DNA from: Candidatus Zixiibacteriota bacterium
GTDB lineage: Bacteria > Zixibacteria > MSB-5A5 > GN15 > FEB-12
Length of the DNA: 48,146 bases
Assembly: GCA_024277795.1 (NCBI GenBank)
Contig: JAJRUL010000180.1
Coordinates: forward strand, 1 to 48,146
Direction of reading: 5' to 3'
In this document: in pieces, positions 26,560 through 36,648 of the stretch
Layout of the letters: each line of letters begins with the position of its first letter
Numbering within the stretch: the stretch's first letter is position 1
Notes under the pieces: generated by a model
Told to the model about the DNA's origin: nothing
Seen by the model: the letters and a program-made list of their open reading frames with translations, nothing else
Database searches by the model: none
Translations under genes and position numbers: made by a program

Positions 26560-28335
26560 TTACGAGATATTAGAATCAGTTTGCGGTTTAAGAAAATAAT
26601 CAAGGGATGCTTTTCCTGCTCCCTGCCAAAGAACAAGGCAGAGAGAAAATAGAACGAGCAAAGAAAACTCCATCCCCTGACTCTTTGAGAATAATCCTTC
26701 TGCAGAGTGAACGAAAATAACAGCACCTAATAATACTGTTATGTTTAATGCTGATGCAATCCGAGTGCCGAGACCTACAGCTAAGGCGAATCCACCTACA
26801 ATATGAACAAAGACAACATACCATGCCGTCAGATTTTCAAACGTACCTATCCCGCCCAACAAACTCTCTATCTCATGCATATTCATCACGAAATAGATAC
26901 CCTTTACAACAAGTGCTATACCAAGAAACATCCGTAAAGCATCCATAGGTTGTAGGTTGCCAATAAGCGAGGTTAGTTGCGGTATGGCTAGACGACGTTT
27001 TACTCCCTTTGCCTCCTCGGCACGATCAGCAACAGCCTTGTCGTACTCCTCTTTCGATTCTTTTTCCTGTGCAGGTGAAAAGGTAACCAAGTAGGTAAAG
27101 GTGGAGCAGACCAAAACAAGCCCGCCTAATATCAACAAAGCATCAGGCCATTCGATTGACTTTGCACGAAGTAGGAAACCTGCAGCAACTGCCCCCATAT
27201 TGCCACCTGCCCCTACAATACCTGCAACCGAACCGAGTGCTTTCTTGTTGATAAATGGGACGACAGAATATGTCGCACCTTCTGACATTTGTACAAAGAG
27301 ACTAAAAACGATCATAGTAGCTATTGCCAATGGAAGTACTGTCATTCTTGAAAAAAGAATCAACGCAATGCCTTCAATAGCAAGAGCAATAAAAAGCCAT
27401 TTTACACGACCTTTCAGTCCTCCTTTGAAAGCAAAGCGATCTCCAATTACTCCCCCCATAGTACGAGCAAAGATATTCATCAATCCGAATAGTCCAGCAA
27501 CCAACCCTGCTGTTGCCAAACCGAGACCAAAGAAATCTTTATAATACAATGCCGCCATGTTATTAATAGTCAACTCGATTCCGAAGCATGCGGCATAAAT
27601 AATAAATAATGCCCAGACACGTTTATCTTTGACGGCCAACATAAACGTACCTTTTACCTGATTCCCTTTACGTAATTCCCCCTTCTTACGTAACTCCTTA
27701 AAGTTTCCATCAGGTAAATCAGTTGTAAAGAAATAATAAGCTACCCCTGCCAAGAAACAAACACCACCAGCGACAACCATAGATAAACGCCAGCTCCAAA
27801 AATCACTATACCCAAGTCCGACAAAAGCGGCAAAGACTAAAGGCATTACCATCTGGGTCACACCTCCACCTAGATTTCCCCAACCTGCCGAAGTAGCATT
27901 CGCTGTCCCAACACAGTTTGGTGCAAACATCACGGATGTATGATACTGTGTTATAACAAATGATGCACCGATAGCACCGATAGCAAGACGGAAGATAAGA
28001 AATGTTGTGTAATCATGGGCAAATCCAATACCCATTACCGGAAGAGACCCGACCACCAAAAGCCAAGTATAGGCAAGTCTTGGTCCTATTCGGTCACAGA
28101 GCCAACCGATAAAAAGTCGAGCAAGAATCGTAATTGCAACAGAGGCAATAATCGTGTTACCAATTTGTGTCTTTGTTAACCCGAATTCATCTCTAACAAC
28201 AGCCATGAGCGGGGCAATACCGAACCACGCAAAGAAACAAAGAAAGAATGAGAGCCACGTCATATGAAAAGACCTCATAGGTCGCGACTTCAAACTAAAT
28301 AATGTAATTTTCGTTGCTTTGTTATTAATATCCAT
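26560..28335 (-). CDS. narK: NarK1/NNP-type nitrate transporter fused to a C-terminal DoxX-like four-helix membrane domain
   Basis: About the first 430 aa are an MFS nitrate/nitrite porter (AGWGNLGGG signature). A charged linker (EKESKEEYDKAVADRAEEAKGVKRR) follows. Then come about 145 aa with DoxX hallmarks (LRMFLGIALVVKG..., VGGFALAVGLGTRIAS, LVLWQGAGKASLDYFL). Confidence 0.8.
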   Translation of the reverse strand: MDINNKATKITLFSLKSRPMRSFHMTWLSFFLCFFAWFGIAPLMAVVRDEFGLTKTQIGNTIIASVAITILARLFIGWLCDRIGPRLAYTWLLVVGSLPVMGIGFAHDYTTFLIFRLAIGAIGASFVITQYHTSVMFAPNCVGTANATSAGWGNLGGGVTQMVMPLVFAAFVGLGYSDFWSWRLSMVVAGGVCFLAGVAYYFFTTDLPDGNFKELRKKGELRKGNQVKGTFMLAVKDKRVWALFIIYAACFGIELTINNMAALYYKDFFGLGLATAGLVAGLFGLMNIFARTMGGVIGDRFAFKGGLKGRVKWLFIALAIEGIALILFSRMTVLPLAIATMIVFSLFVQMSEGATYSVVPFINKKALGSVAGIVGAGGNMGAVAAGFLLRAKSIEWPDALLILGGLVLVCSTFTYLVTFSPAQEKESKEEYDKAVADRAEEAKGVKRRLAIPQLTSLIGNLQPMDALRMFLGIALVVKGIYFVMNMHEIESLLGGIGTFENLTAWYVVFVHIVGGFALAVGLGTRIASALNITVLLGAVIFVHSAEGLFSKSQGMEFSLLVLFSLCLVLWQGAGKASLDYFLKPQTDSNIS

Positions 28336-28418
28336 CCCACTCTCCCTAATAATTAGGTATACACAATTATAATGATCACTTATATCTCATTAAAGCCACA
28401 GCAGAAATAACAGCCTTC

Positions 28419-28437
28419 ATTGACAAAACATGTCAAT
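28419..28437. promoter_or_regulatory. perfect 7-5-7 palindrome between narI and narK
   Basis: ATTGACA-aaaca-TGTCAAT. It could be a dimeric regulator site or an intercistronic RNA hairpin. Confidence 0.35.
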
Positions 28438-28479
28438 CGGCTCATAAAAAATACTATCCCATATTTCTCACAACATAAC

Positions 28480-29190
28480 TCAGACAGATGAACGGGATAT
28501 TTGCCTGTCACGATACCAGCGAACAACCTGAGTTTTCCGCCAGAGATATGGATTCGGCACAACAAGAACATGCACTAACCGCGTGAACGGGAAGAATCCA
28601 ATAATGACAAATGCATTGATTATATGCAACTTCACCATCCAAGGCATGCCAATAACATAACTGATGTCAGGATTCAGCTTTACAAGTGACCAAAGATATG
28701 GCGACATTGAAGTGGCGAACCATGACGAACCCCAGCGATATGTTATCGCAACATAAATTCCGGCAGATACTTGTAAGAGCAACAGAAACAGAAGAAGCCA
28801 ATCGGTCTTTGTCGTTACTTCCAAAATCTTTGAATACTTCTTACGGCGAACCATCAGATTTACCAAGCCTGTAAGAGTAAGAAAAGCAAATATTAGGGCT
28901 GAAAGTTCCAAAACATATAAACGCCATGGAACTCCGTTCCACGCTAACAACTGACTCGGGATCAAAAATGCAACGAGATGCCCGGTCAGTATTACAATAA
29001 TCCCATAATGAAATGGAACTACACCCCAGAAGTGGAATTGATTTTCGAGAAACTGAGATGACAAGCTTGAGTACGAAAAAGTATGCACCCGATACCTGAT
29101 AATAGTAACAAGGAAAAAGACAAACATTGCAACATAGGGAAGAATCCCATAGAGAAGTTGTTCTAAATTGCTAAATGGACTACTCATCAT
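28480..29190 (-). CDS. narI: respiratory nitrate reductase gamma subunit (dihaem b, membrane)
   Basis: Five predicted TM helices, conserved His-containing segments (VPFHYGIIVILTGHLVAFLIP; TRLVHVLVVP), and its position after narJ. Confidence 0.9.
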   Translation of the reverse strand: MMSSPFSNLEQLLYGILPYVAMFVFFLVTIIRYRVHTFSYSSLSSQFLENQFHFWGVVPFHYGIIVILTGHLVAFLIPSQLLAWNGVPWRLYVLELSALIFAFLTLTGLVNLMVRRKKYSKILEVTTKTDWLLLFLLLLQVSAGIYVAITYRWGSSWFATSMSPYLWSLVKLNPDISYVIGMPWMVKLHIINAFVIIGFFPFTRLVHVLVVPNPYLWRKTQVVRWYRDRQISRSSV

Positions 29191-29725
29191 TCACTCCTTG
29201 AGCCGGTAAACTAAATCGAGTTTTTACTTCACTCACCAATCCACCAAGAATCCCGCGGTATACATTATTATTATCCTTAAATCCTGCAATCATCTTATTG
29301 ACTGCGGGAACCAAAAACAATCCTGCAAATTGTGTTGCCTCCTCCTGTTCAAGACGATCCATAGCCTGCAAAACATGAACAAGATGATCAGGTAACTCTG
29401 TAGATTCAGGAATATTGAGGTCCCTCAATGTTTCACGCATCTTCACAATGAAAGTACCTCTTTCGTATCTTTCACCAAAGAGTTGCCATCCTACCTCTAA
29501 AGCACAAACAGGATTGATCTCAAATGTCCTTGTGTAAAGCTCCTGCATTTCAGCAACAGATGATTTGTCAGCTTGTGCGACAAAATCAGCAACAGCTACA
29601 GTTGCCGGAGAATCAGATGATTGAATTTTTTGATAACATTCACTGGCAACCTGCTTGACATCCTTAGTAGGATAAGTCAATAACCGACCAAGTGTTTCAT
29701 ATAAGCCTGTCTGTGTTTGGTTCAC
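29180..29725 (-). CDS. narJ: nitrate reductase molybdenum cofactor assembly chaperone
   Basis: NarJ/TorD-like pattern (ELYTRTFEINPVCALEVGWQLFGERYERG). It lies between narH and narI. It overlaps narH by 4 nt and narI by 11 nt. Confidence 0.85.
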   Translation of the reverse strand: MNQTQTGLYETLGRLLTYPTKDVKQVASECYQKIQSSDSPATVAVADFVAQADKSSVAEMQELYTRTFEINPVCALEVGWQLFGERYERGTFIVKMRETLRDLNIPESTELPDHLVHVLQAMDRLEQEEATQFAGLFLVPAVNKMIAGFKDNNNVYRGILGGLVSEVKTRFSLPAQGVNDE

Positions 29726-31212
29726 ATTCCCCTCCTAGGACCTGCTGTAAAACCAAAACCGGCTTCCTGTTTTCGTGTCATCGGATCCTGAAGAGCTTCA
29801 ATTGCTTCCTCACGATGTGATGGTGGAATAACAAACCTGTCCTCAACAGTACAGAGAGAAGTCAATTTGTAAATCTCCTCTGCCTCTTCAACTGAACAAT
29901 CGGCCTCAAGTAAAATACGCTCGGCAGTTGCCATATCAACATCACCTACTGTGATTGCGCGACGATACCAGCGAACTGCTTTCTGTTTACGCAAAGCATA
30001 CTCAACTTTTCCGGTGTACCCCGCCCCAAAGAGATTCCCTAAGAACTTCATTGGAACTCGAGAGTCAGAAATATCATGGAAGAGATCTTCACTTGTCCCA
30101 TCTACAGTCTTACCATCAAAGGAAGAGATAACAGGTGACATCGGTGGAACATAGAACAACATCGGCAAAGTTCTATATTCGATATGCGGAGGTAAGGCCA
30201 GTTTCCATGTCTTTACAAATTTGTAGACAGGAGAGTTTTGTGCCGCTTTTATTGTCGATTCATGGATTCCTGACTTACGAGCTTCAGCAATAACCTGTGG
30301 ATCGTGCGGATCAAGTATCATTGACCGTTGACCATCAATCAGCTCTTCCTGTGGGAGATTTGCTACTTCCTCAATCCTGTCGGCATCATACAACACCACA
30401 CCTAAATATCGTATTCTACCAACACATGAATGAAAACAAGCAGGGGCTTGGCCCGTCTCAATACGAGGGAAGCAAAGCAGACACTTTTCTGATTTGCCTG
30501 TTGACCAATTGAAATATGTCTTCTTATACGGACAAGCAGATACACAGGACCGCCAACCACGACATCTGTTTTGATCTATCAGAACAATTCCATCCTCGCC
30601 TCGCTTATACAACGCTCCCGAAGGACATGAAGCAACACATGCAGGGTTCGAACAGTGATTACAGATTCTCGGGAAATAGAAAAAGACAAGTCGCTGAATT
30701 GCGAAAAGTTGTTCTCTTTCCTGATCAGTTAAGCCGTCGATATTCGGATCATTTTCACCATAAATTGGTGAACCACTAAGATCATCATCCCAGTTCGGTC
30801 CTGATTCAATATCAATATATTCACCGGTTACCATTGAGATCGGCTTTGCTGTTGGTTGGTCATCACCCTCTGGCGCATTGAATAGATTCTGATAATCATA
30901 CGTCCAAGGTTCGTAATAATCATCCATACTAGGAAGATTCGGATTATGGAAGATATTCGGAATGATACGACCACGTCCAGTCGACTTCAGACGTAACTTA
31001 CCGTTTTTCTTTTCCCAACCGCCATTATAACTGTCTTGATCTTCCCATTTTGTCGGATATCCTGTACCGGGTTTTGTTTCAACATTGTTGAACCACATAT
31101 ACTCTGTACCTTTTCGGTCAGTCCAGATATTCTTACACGCAATACTGCAGGTGTGACACCCGATACATTTATCCAAATGGAACATCATCGATATTTGCGA
31201 ACGAACATTCAT
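29722..31212 (-). CDS. narH: respiratory nitrate reductase beta subunit (Fe-S)
   Basis: Ferredoxin-type Cys clusters (CIGCHTCSIACK, CNHCSNPACVASCP, CRGWRSCVSACP, CLLCFPR, CFHSCVGRIRY). Confidence 0.97.
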   Translation of the reverse strand: MNVRSQISMMFHLDKCIGCHTCSIACKNIWTDRKGTEYMWFNNVETKPGTGYPTKWEDQDSYNGGWEKKNGKLRLKSTGRGRIIPNIFHNPNLPSMDDYYEPWTYDYQNLFNAPEGDDQPTAKPISMVTGEYIDIESGPNWDDDLSGSPIYGENDPNIDGLTDQEREQLFAIQRLVFFYFPRICNHCSNPACVASCPSGALYKRGEDGIVLIDQNRCRGWRSCVSACPYKKTYFNWSTGKSEKCLLCFPRIETGQAPACFHSCVGRIRYLGVVLYDADRIEEVANLPQEELIDGQRSMILDPHDPQVIAEARKSGIHESTIKAAQNSPVYKFVKTWKLALPPHIEYRTLPMLFYVPPMSPVISSFDGKTVDGTSEDLFHDISDSRVPMKFLGNLFGAGYTGKVEYALRKQKAVRWYRRAITVGDVDMATAERILLEADCSVEEAEEIYKLTSLCTVEDRFVIPPSHREEAIEALQDPMTRKQEAGFGFTAGPRRGM

Positions 31213-31231
31213 GCCATAAACTCCTTCTCGC

Positions 31232-34200
31232 TTACCATTCCAGATTCGGAAGTTTGCGGACCATTATATGGGTGTCTCTGTTACAACCGATAGGTCCCCA
31301 GTAATTGAAGTGGTAGGTGAACTGGCCGTACCCACCAGCCATGAGATTAGGTTTCAGACGAGTTCTTGTCAGGCTGTTATGCCCGCCTGCTCGACGACCT
31401 TTTCTCAGAGGTGATTTTGGTACTGAGTACGTTCTTTCAGGAGAGTGATATTGGATACACACTCCCGGGGGTATTCGAGCACTCACGACCGCCCGAGTTA
31501 CAACTACACCATGATCATTATGAACCTCTACCCAATCATTATCATTGACACCAATGTTTTCAGCATCCTTAACATTCATCCATAAAGGTTCAACACCTCT
31601 TGAAAGAGTAGTCATACGCTGATTATCACCATAGGTAGAATGAATATGCCATTTACCATGCGGGGTCAGATAATTCAAAGTTACTGACGTACCAACTTCT
31701 TTACTGAACCGAATATCGGAATATTCTGTCGGAAGCGGTTTCGGTTTGTAGGTCGGCAAATGTTCACCGAACTGCAGATACATTGGATGGTCAAGATAGA
31801 GATGTTGTCTGCCCGTTAATGTACGCCAAGGGACATCAGCTTCAACATTATATGTGAAAGGTGAGTACGCTCTGCCATTTTCAATAAGCCCTGACCACAT
31901 CGGACTATTGATAAAACGAAGAGGGCGAGTTTGCAGACCTTTGTAAGTCGCTCTGACTGATCTTGACTTTTCAGCAAGATGTGCTAGTGGAAGCCCAACT
32001 TTAACTTCCATATTCTTATAGGAACGATAGGCAAGCTCACCGTTGGTTACTGATGCAAACTCCAAGATGATATTGCAAACATCAGCATCCTCTTTCAGAG
32101 AAAGATGCTTCTGGCCATTCCACTCTTGAGTCGGGAGACGGTTCAGAGCTTCTTCATACATATCATCAATTTGATATCCTGTACCATGAGCGCTAAGACC
32201 ATTCTTGCGAACCATCGGCCCGTATGAAATATATTGCTTATAAAGATTCTTGTAATCTCTCTGCACAACTTTTAAGTTTGGCATTGTCTTGCCCGGTATT
32301 GCCTCAATCTCACCTGTCTTCCAATCTTTCATCTCAGGTTGCGCAATTTCAGCAGGTGAATCATGTGCAAGGGGAGCGACTACCAGATCGCCAACAGGTT
32401 CGGGGAAATGCTTTTCAGCAAGTTCTGAGAATTTCTTTGAGATTGCCTGGAATATCTGCCAATCACTCTTCGATTCCCAACAAGGAGGCACAGCTTCAGA
32501 CAATGGGTGAATAAAGCTATGCATATCGGTCGAATTGAGATCAGCCTTTTCGTACCATGTTGCCGCAGGCAAAACGATATCTGAATACAATGCGGAAGTA
32601 TCCATACGGAAGTTCAGATCAACAACGAGATCCATTTTCCCTTGTGGTGCATTCTTGTGCCATTCGACTTCGCGAACTGATTGTTCTGCCAAATCTTCAG
32701 CAATCGTATTTGTATGCGTTCCAAGATAATGTTTCAAGAAATACTCATGCCCCTTAGAACTGGACATAAGCGCATTACCACGCCAAATATACCAAACTCG
32801 AGGCCAGTTTTCAGGTGCATCAGGATCCTCAACAGAAAACTTCAACTCTCCTGACTTAAGCTGTGAGATAACATCACTAACAACTTTATCAGGATCACCG
32901 CCTGAGTCTTTGACAATATCCAATGAGTTCTTGTCAAACTGTGGATAGAACGGCAACCACCCTGAACGAACAGCGCGAGTTTGTACATCCATTGTGTGCC
33001 CTGTTGCAAGTGTTCCCTCCGGTTGACGTTTTGGTACGGTATGATAATCAGTAAACTCTTTTTCATATCGCCATTGATCTGTGTGCACATAATGCCAACT
33101 CGGCGCATTTTGTACGCGTGATGGCGGGTACCAGTCTTTAGCCAATGCGATCGAACCCCATGACTCACCTGGAGCGAGTTTTTCTTGTCCCACATAATGA
33201 GCCAAACCACCACCGTTCACACCAATACAACCACAGAAAATCAGAGCATTGATCCCAGCACGATACATCAAGTTGCCATGATACCAATGGTTGATACCGG
33301 CACCGATAATAATCGTACATTTCCCATTGGTTAATTCCGCTGTCTTGGCCCATTCACGAGCAAAGCGAATAACCATATCACGACTCATCCCCGTATACTT
33401 CTCCGACCATGCGGGAGTGTATGGAGCATCATCATCATAGGAAATAGGAGTCTCGCCTGCCAACCCACGTGGCACTCCATATTGTGCCATTAAAAGATCA
33501 TAGGCTGTGGTCATGAGAATCTCTTCGCCAGTATGCGATTTGATACGTTTGACAGGTACTGGTCGAGTGACTTCACTTCCCTGACCGAAATCGTCAAAAC
33601 TGACCATGACCGTATCCTTAGTCGATTCCATAAACGTCAACTCAGGATCAATATCAGAGCCTGTAAGACCGTCTTTAAGTGTCAGATTCCACTTTCCCTT
33701 CTCTGCACCCCAGCGAAAACCGACAGACCCCATCGGCATCTTAGGACTGTTTTGCGTTTTGTCCCACATCAGGAACTTCCAGTCGCCATTCTCAATATCT
33801 TTGTACTGTTCAAGCTTATTGGCACGAACCATCTGTCCGGGACGGAATAATGCTTTATCATCAGTAGCAGTCAATTCAACCAACAGAGGGGAGTCACTAT
33901 ATTTCTTTACGTAGTCTATAAAGTATGGTGTCTGTTTTTCATGATGGAATTCCTTGAGAATTACATGATTCACTGCCATCCACCACGCACCATCCTGACC
34001 CGCATTAAGAGAGACCCATTCATCAGCATATTTTGCTACCTGATTAAAATCAGGAGCAAAAACCCACATTTTTGTTCCGTTGTGTCTCGATTCAGCGGCA
34101 AAGTGACAATCAGGCGTACGGGTCATGTTTAAGTTGGACCCCATAACCGCAAGCATCTTTGCATTATACCAGTCTGCTGATTCTTGCACATCAGTCTGTT

Positions 34201-34867
34201 CCCCCCATGTTTCAGGAGAAGCACACGGAAGATCGCAATACCAGTCATAGAATGATAATGCAACACCGCCCATCAGTTGCAACATACGTGCACCAGATGC
34301 GTAGCTGATCATTGACATTGCAGGAATCGGAGAGAAACCAGCAATGCGGTCAGGACCATGTTGTTTTATAGTGTGGATATTAGCCGCAGCCATTATCTCA
34401 AGAACCGTATCCCAATCTGCACGTCGGAATCCACCTTTTCCTCTTGCTTTCTGCCAACGTGCACGCTTGACAGGATCATTTACCAACGATGACCATGCAT
34501 CAACGGGATCAGTATGATCTGCACGAGCTTGTGTCCAAAAGTCAAGCAACGCTCCCCTAATGTAGGGGTACTTAACTCGTAAAGGACTATACAGGTACCA
34601 TGAATATGAAATGCCACGTTGACAACCTCTCGGCTCGTATGGTGGTAATCCTGATTCAAGTTCAGGATAATCGAGCTGTTGCATCTCCCATGTTACGATA
34701 CCGTCCTTGACATAAATTTGCCAACTGCAACCGCCCGTACAATTCACACCATGTGTACTGCGAATGACTTTGTCATGTTGCCAACGATTGCGATAGAACT
34801 CTTCCCAGCTTCTTAGCTCGGGATCTATTTGATCCTTTATCCAAGGTATTGTATTGAGCTTACTCAA
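31232..34867 (-). CDS. narG: respiratory nitrate reductase alpha subunit (Mo-bisMGD)
   Basis: 1211 aa. The N-terminal FS0 motif [13 protein letters not shown] (H-x3-C-x3-C) and the length are typical of NarG. No functional twin-arginine signal is evident. Confidence 0.98.
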   Translation of the reverse strand: MSKLNTIPWIKDQIDPELRSWEEFYRNRWQHDKVIRSTHGVNCTGGCSWQIYVKDGIVTWEMQQLDYPELESGLPPYEPRGCQRGISYSWYLYSPLRVKYPYIRGALLDFWTQARADHTDPVDAWSSLVNDPVKRARWQKARGKGGFRRADWDTVLEIMAAANIHTIKQHGPDRIAGFSPIPAMSMISYASGARMLQLMGGVALSFYDWYCDLPCASPETWGEQTDVQESADWYNAKMLAVMGSNLNMTRTPDCHFAAESRHNGTKMWVFAPDFNQVAKYADEWVSLNAGQDGAWWMAVNHVILKEFHHEKQTPYFIDYVKKYSDSPLLVELTATDDKALFRPGQMVRANKLEQYKDIENGDWKFLMWDKTQNSPKMPMGSVGFRWGAEKGKWNLTLKDGLTGSDIDPELTFMESTKDTVMVSFDDFGQGSEVTRPVPVKRIKSHTGEEILMTTAYDLLMAQYGVPRGLAGETPISYDDDAPYTPAWSEKYTGMSRDMVIRFAREWAKTAELTNGKCTIIIGAGINHWYHGNLMYRAGINALIFCGCIGVNGGGLAHYVGQEKLAPGESWGSIALAKDWYPPSRVQNAPSWHYVHTDQWRYEKEFTDYHTVPKRQPEGTLATGHTMDVQTRAVRSGWLPFYPQFDKNSLDIVKDSGGDPDKVVSDVISQLKSGELKFSVEDPDAPENWPRVWYIWRGNALMSSSKGHEYFLKHYLGTHTNTIAEDLAEQSVREVEWHKNAPQGKMDLVVDLNFRMDTSALYSDIVLPAATWYEKADLNSTDMHSFIHPLSEAVPPCWESKSDWQIFQAISKKFSELAEKHFPEPVGDLVVAPLAHDSPAEIAQPEMKDWKTGEIEAIPGKTMPNLKVVQRDYKNLYKQYISYGPMVRKNGLSAHGTGYQIDDMYEEALNRLPTQEWNGQKHLSLKEDADVCNIILEFASVTNGELAYRSYKNMEVKVGLPLAHLAEKSRSVRATYKGLQTRPLRFINSPMWSGLIENGRAYSPFTYNVEADVPWRTLTGRQHLYLDHPMYLQFGEHLPTYKPKPLPTEYSDIRFSKEVGTSVTLNYLTPHGKWHIHSTYGDNQRMTTLSRGVEPLWMNVKDAENIGVNDNDWVEVHNDHGVVVTRAVVSARIPPGVCIQYHSPERTYSVPKSPLRKGRRAGGHNSLTRTRLKPNLMAGGYGQFTYHFNYWGPIGCNRDTHIMVRKLPNLEW

Positions 34868-35793
34868 GATTCACCTCTGATTTTCGATAGTTTTACAAGT
34901 GGATGTCTAACTGCCCGGAACCGCTTCCCCCAGATCCCACTGAACAGTATCAAACCAAAAAGCGATCCGCCGAAACCGCAAAAGATTACTGCGATCCATA
35001 TTATAGACGAATCAAAATTATATCTATCATTGTTTGCTGATGACTCAAAGTAGGCTACAAGAGACTTAATCTCTTGCTCATTGAGTGGTTTATTCTGGAA
35101 CTGAGATTTCATCGTTGCTGTCGGAGGTGCTGAAAGCCATGATGTTATTGCTGTCCTACCTTGCAAACGTGCAACTACTTGTGTTAAGTCAGGACCTAGT
35201 CGGCCACCAAGTGAACCACCAACTGAATTGACTGTGTGGCAATTGATACAACCCGGTGCATTATTCTCAAGTTTGGTGCGACCAGTAAACAATTCCAGCC
35301 CTTTGGCGGCATCTTCCGCTGAAAACGGACCTAGAGCAACTTTCTTTCCCGCAAACTGTGATGAATCCAATTTTGACTCTGCCTCGATAAAATCCAATAA
35401 ATCGTTGGCCAACTTTGCTGTCATACCGGGGACTTTGAGCATGAGAACATTTTTTGCCTCAGCAAATATCTTCTTCGCATACGGATCACCGGAATCAATC
35501 ATTGCTTTCGGATCGAGAATAAAGCGGACATGCCAGTCTCTGTCTTTCCTCTGTGAGACATTCTTCAGATCAGGACCGATTAGTCGTCCGCCACCTATCC
35601 AGTGACAACTCGAACAGTTTTGTTTGAATGTCTGTGCTATGTCCTGTGACTGGGCAGGAGATCCATAGCCCAGAATAAGTCCGAATAACATGAAGAATGT
35701 GATGGTCTTCAAAGGACTTTTCAGCAAGAATAAAGAACGATCAAATAGTGTCCTTTTCCCGCTTGTGAGTTGATTGCCAATTATTCTTTTCAC
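34864..35793 (-). CDS. narC: membrane-anchored dihaem cytochrome c, NarC-like
   Basis: N-terminal signal/TM segment. Two class-I-like haem sites ([39 protein letters not shown]). C-terminal TM helix ([25 protein letters not shown]). GTG start with AAGGA 7 nt upstream. Its stop overlaps the narG start by 4 nt. Confidence 0.8.
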   Translation of the reverse strand: MKRIIGNQLTSGKRTLFDRSLFLLKSPLKTITFFMLFGLILGYGSPAQSQDIAQTFKQNCSSCHWIGGGRLIGPDLKNVSQRKDRDWHVRFILDPKAMIDSGDPYAKKIFAEAKNVLMLKVPGMTAKLANDLLDFIEAESKLDSSQFAGKKVALGPFSAEDAAKGLELFTGRTKLENNAPGCINCHTVNSVGGSLGGRLGPDLTQVVARLQGRTAITSWLSAPPTATMKSQFQNKPLNEQEIKSLVAYFESSANNDRYNFDSSIIWIAVIFCGFGGSLFGLILFSGIWGKRFRAVRHPLVKLSKIRGES

Positions 35794-35864
35794 TGTTTTA
35801 TCCTTACATACATCTCTATATTCACTCCATAATTACAAACTCAGTTTCCTGAATATGTTAGTAA

Positions 35865-36299
35865 CTAAAAACGCAACAGCTTCTCACACGTATCATCAGA
35901 AAGCTTTGCGAGACTCGTTTCACGAAAAAGTCTTTCTATCTGATCCTTTGACTTCGCCCACTCATCATGTACAGGACAAGGCGTTTCAACACCACACCCG
36001 GGCAATCCCAACAGACAGGTGCTAAAAACTGATGTGCCGTCAATAGCCTCGACAATATCAATGAGAAAGAGTTCTTCAGGTGGTTTTGCCAACCTGACTC
36101 CTCCATTCGGGCCTTTATATGATTCCATTATTTTTGCGTGAGTAAGTACTTGGAGAATCTTGGTCAGAAAGTGAAATGAAACATCAAGCGCATCTGCTAT
36201 CTGACGAATTGGGCGATATGCCTCTATATCATCTTTACCCTGTACAGAGACAGCAAGTGCTGCTCGTATACCAATCATACAACTTTGAGTAAGAAGCAT
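35865..36299 (-). CDS. Rrf2-family transcriptional regulator (NsrR/IscR-like, with three Cys cluster ligands)
   Basis: Rrf2 winged-helix N-terminus (RQIADALDVSFHFLTKILQVLTHAKIMESYKGPNGGVRL). The Cys triad CLLGLPGCGVETPC is in the position of the Fe-S ligands. Confidence 0.85.
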   Translation of the reverse strand: MLLTQSCMIGIRAALAVSVQGKDDIEAYRPIRQIADALDVSFHFLTKILQVLTHAKIMESYKGPNGGVRLAKPPEELFLIDIVEAIDGTSVFSTCLLGLPGCGVETPCPVHDEWAKSKDQIERLFRETSLAKLSDDTCEKLLRF

Positions 36300-36648
36300 C
36301 GTTTTTCAAGTCACATTAAAAGATTTAAGAGTCTGTTGTCAGAAATAGTAAAGTATTGGAATATTGTCAAGAGAAAAAACGACTACATTCACCCAAGAAC
36401 TCGACCGCCAAACCATAATACACTGTGACACACAGAGTTACAATGAGATAAAAATTGTATTATTTGCCTATTGCCAACAGAAAATGTTGAATGATCAAAT
36501 TGAAAGTGACACCATAAAATATCTTGGAGTGTTACTAAACTGCGAAAAAAATACGAAATCAAACTATTTCATATTCATAGAAGAAGGCTTGTTTGACAAT
36601 TAATTGGCAGTACGAGACCATATTTTACCGCCATCTGTTCAAACTGTA

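Noticed and set aside
36487-36498. FNR-like box TTGAATGATCAA upstream of the Rrf2-nar genes
   Set aside because: The half-site spacing is TTGA-N4-TCAA, not the TTGAT-N4-ATCAA (TTGA-N6-TCAA) of FNR/CRP-family sites.
36364-36603. 79-aa TTG-initiated ORF between the kinase and the Rrf2 gene
   Set aside because: It has no SD, an unusual composition and no recognisable motif. It occupies what is most likely the Rrf2/nar promoter region, which holds a TTGACA-N17-TATTTC candidate on the minus strand near 36330-36360.
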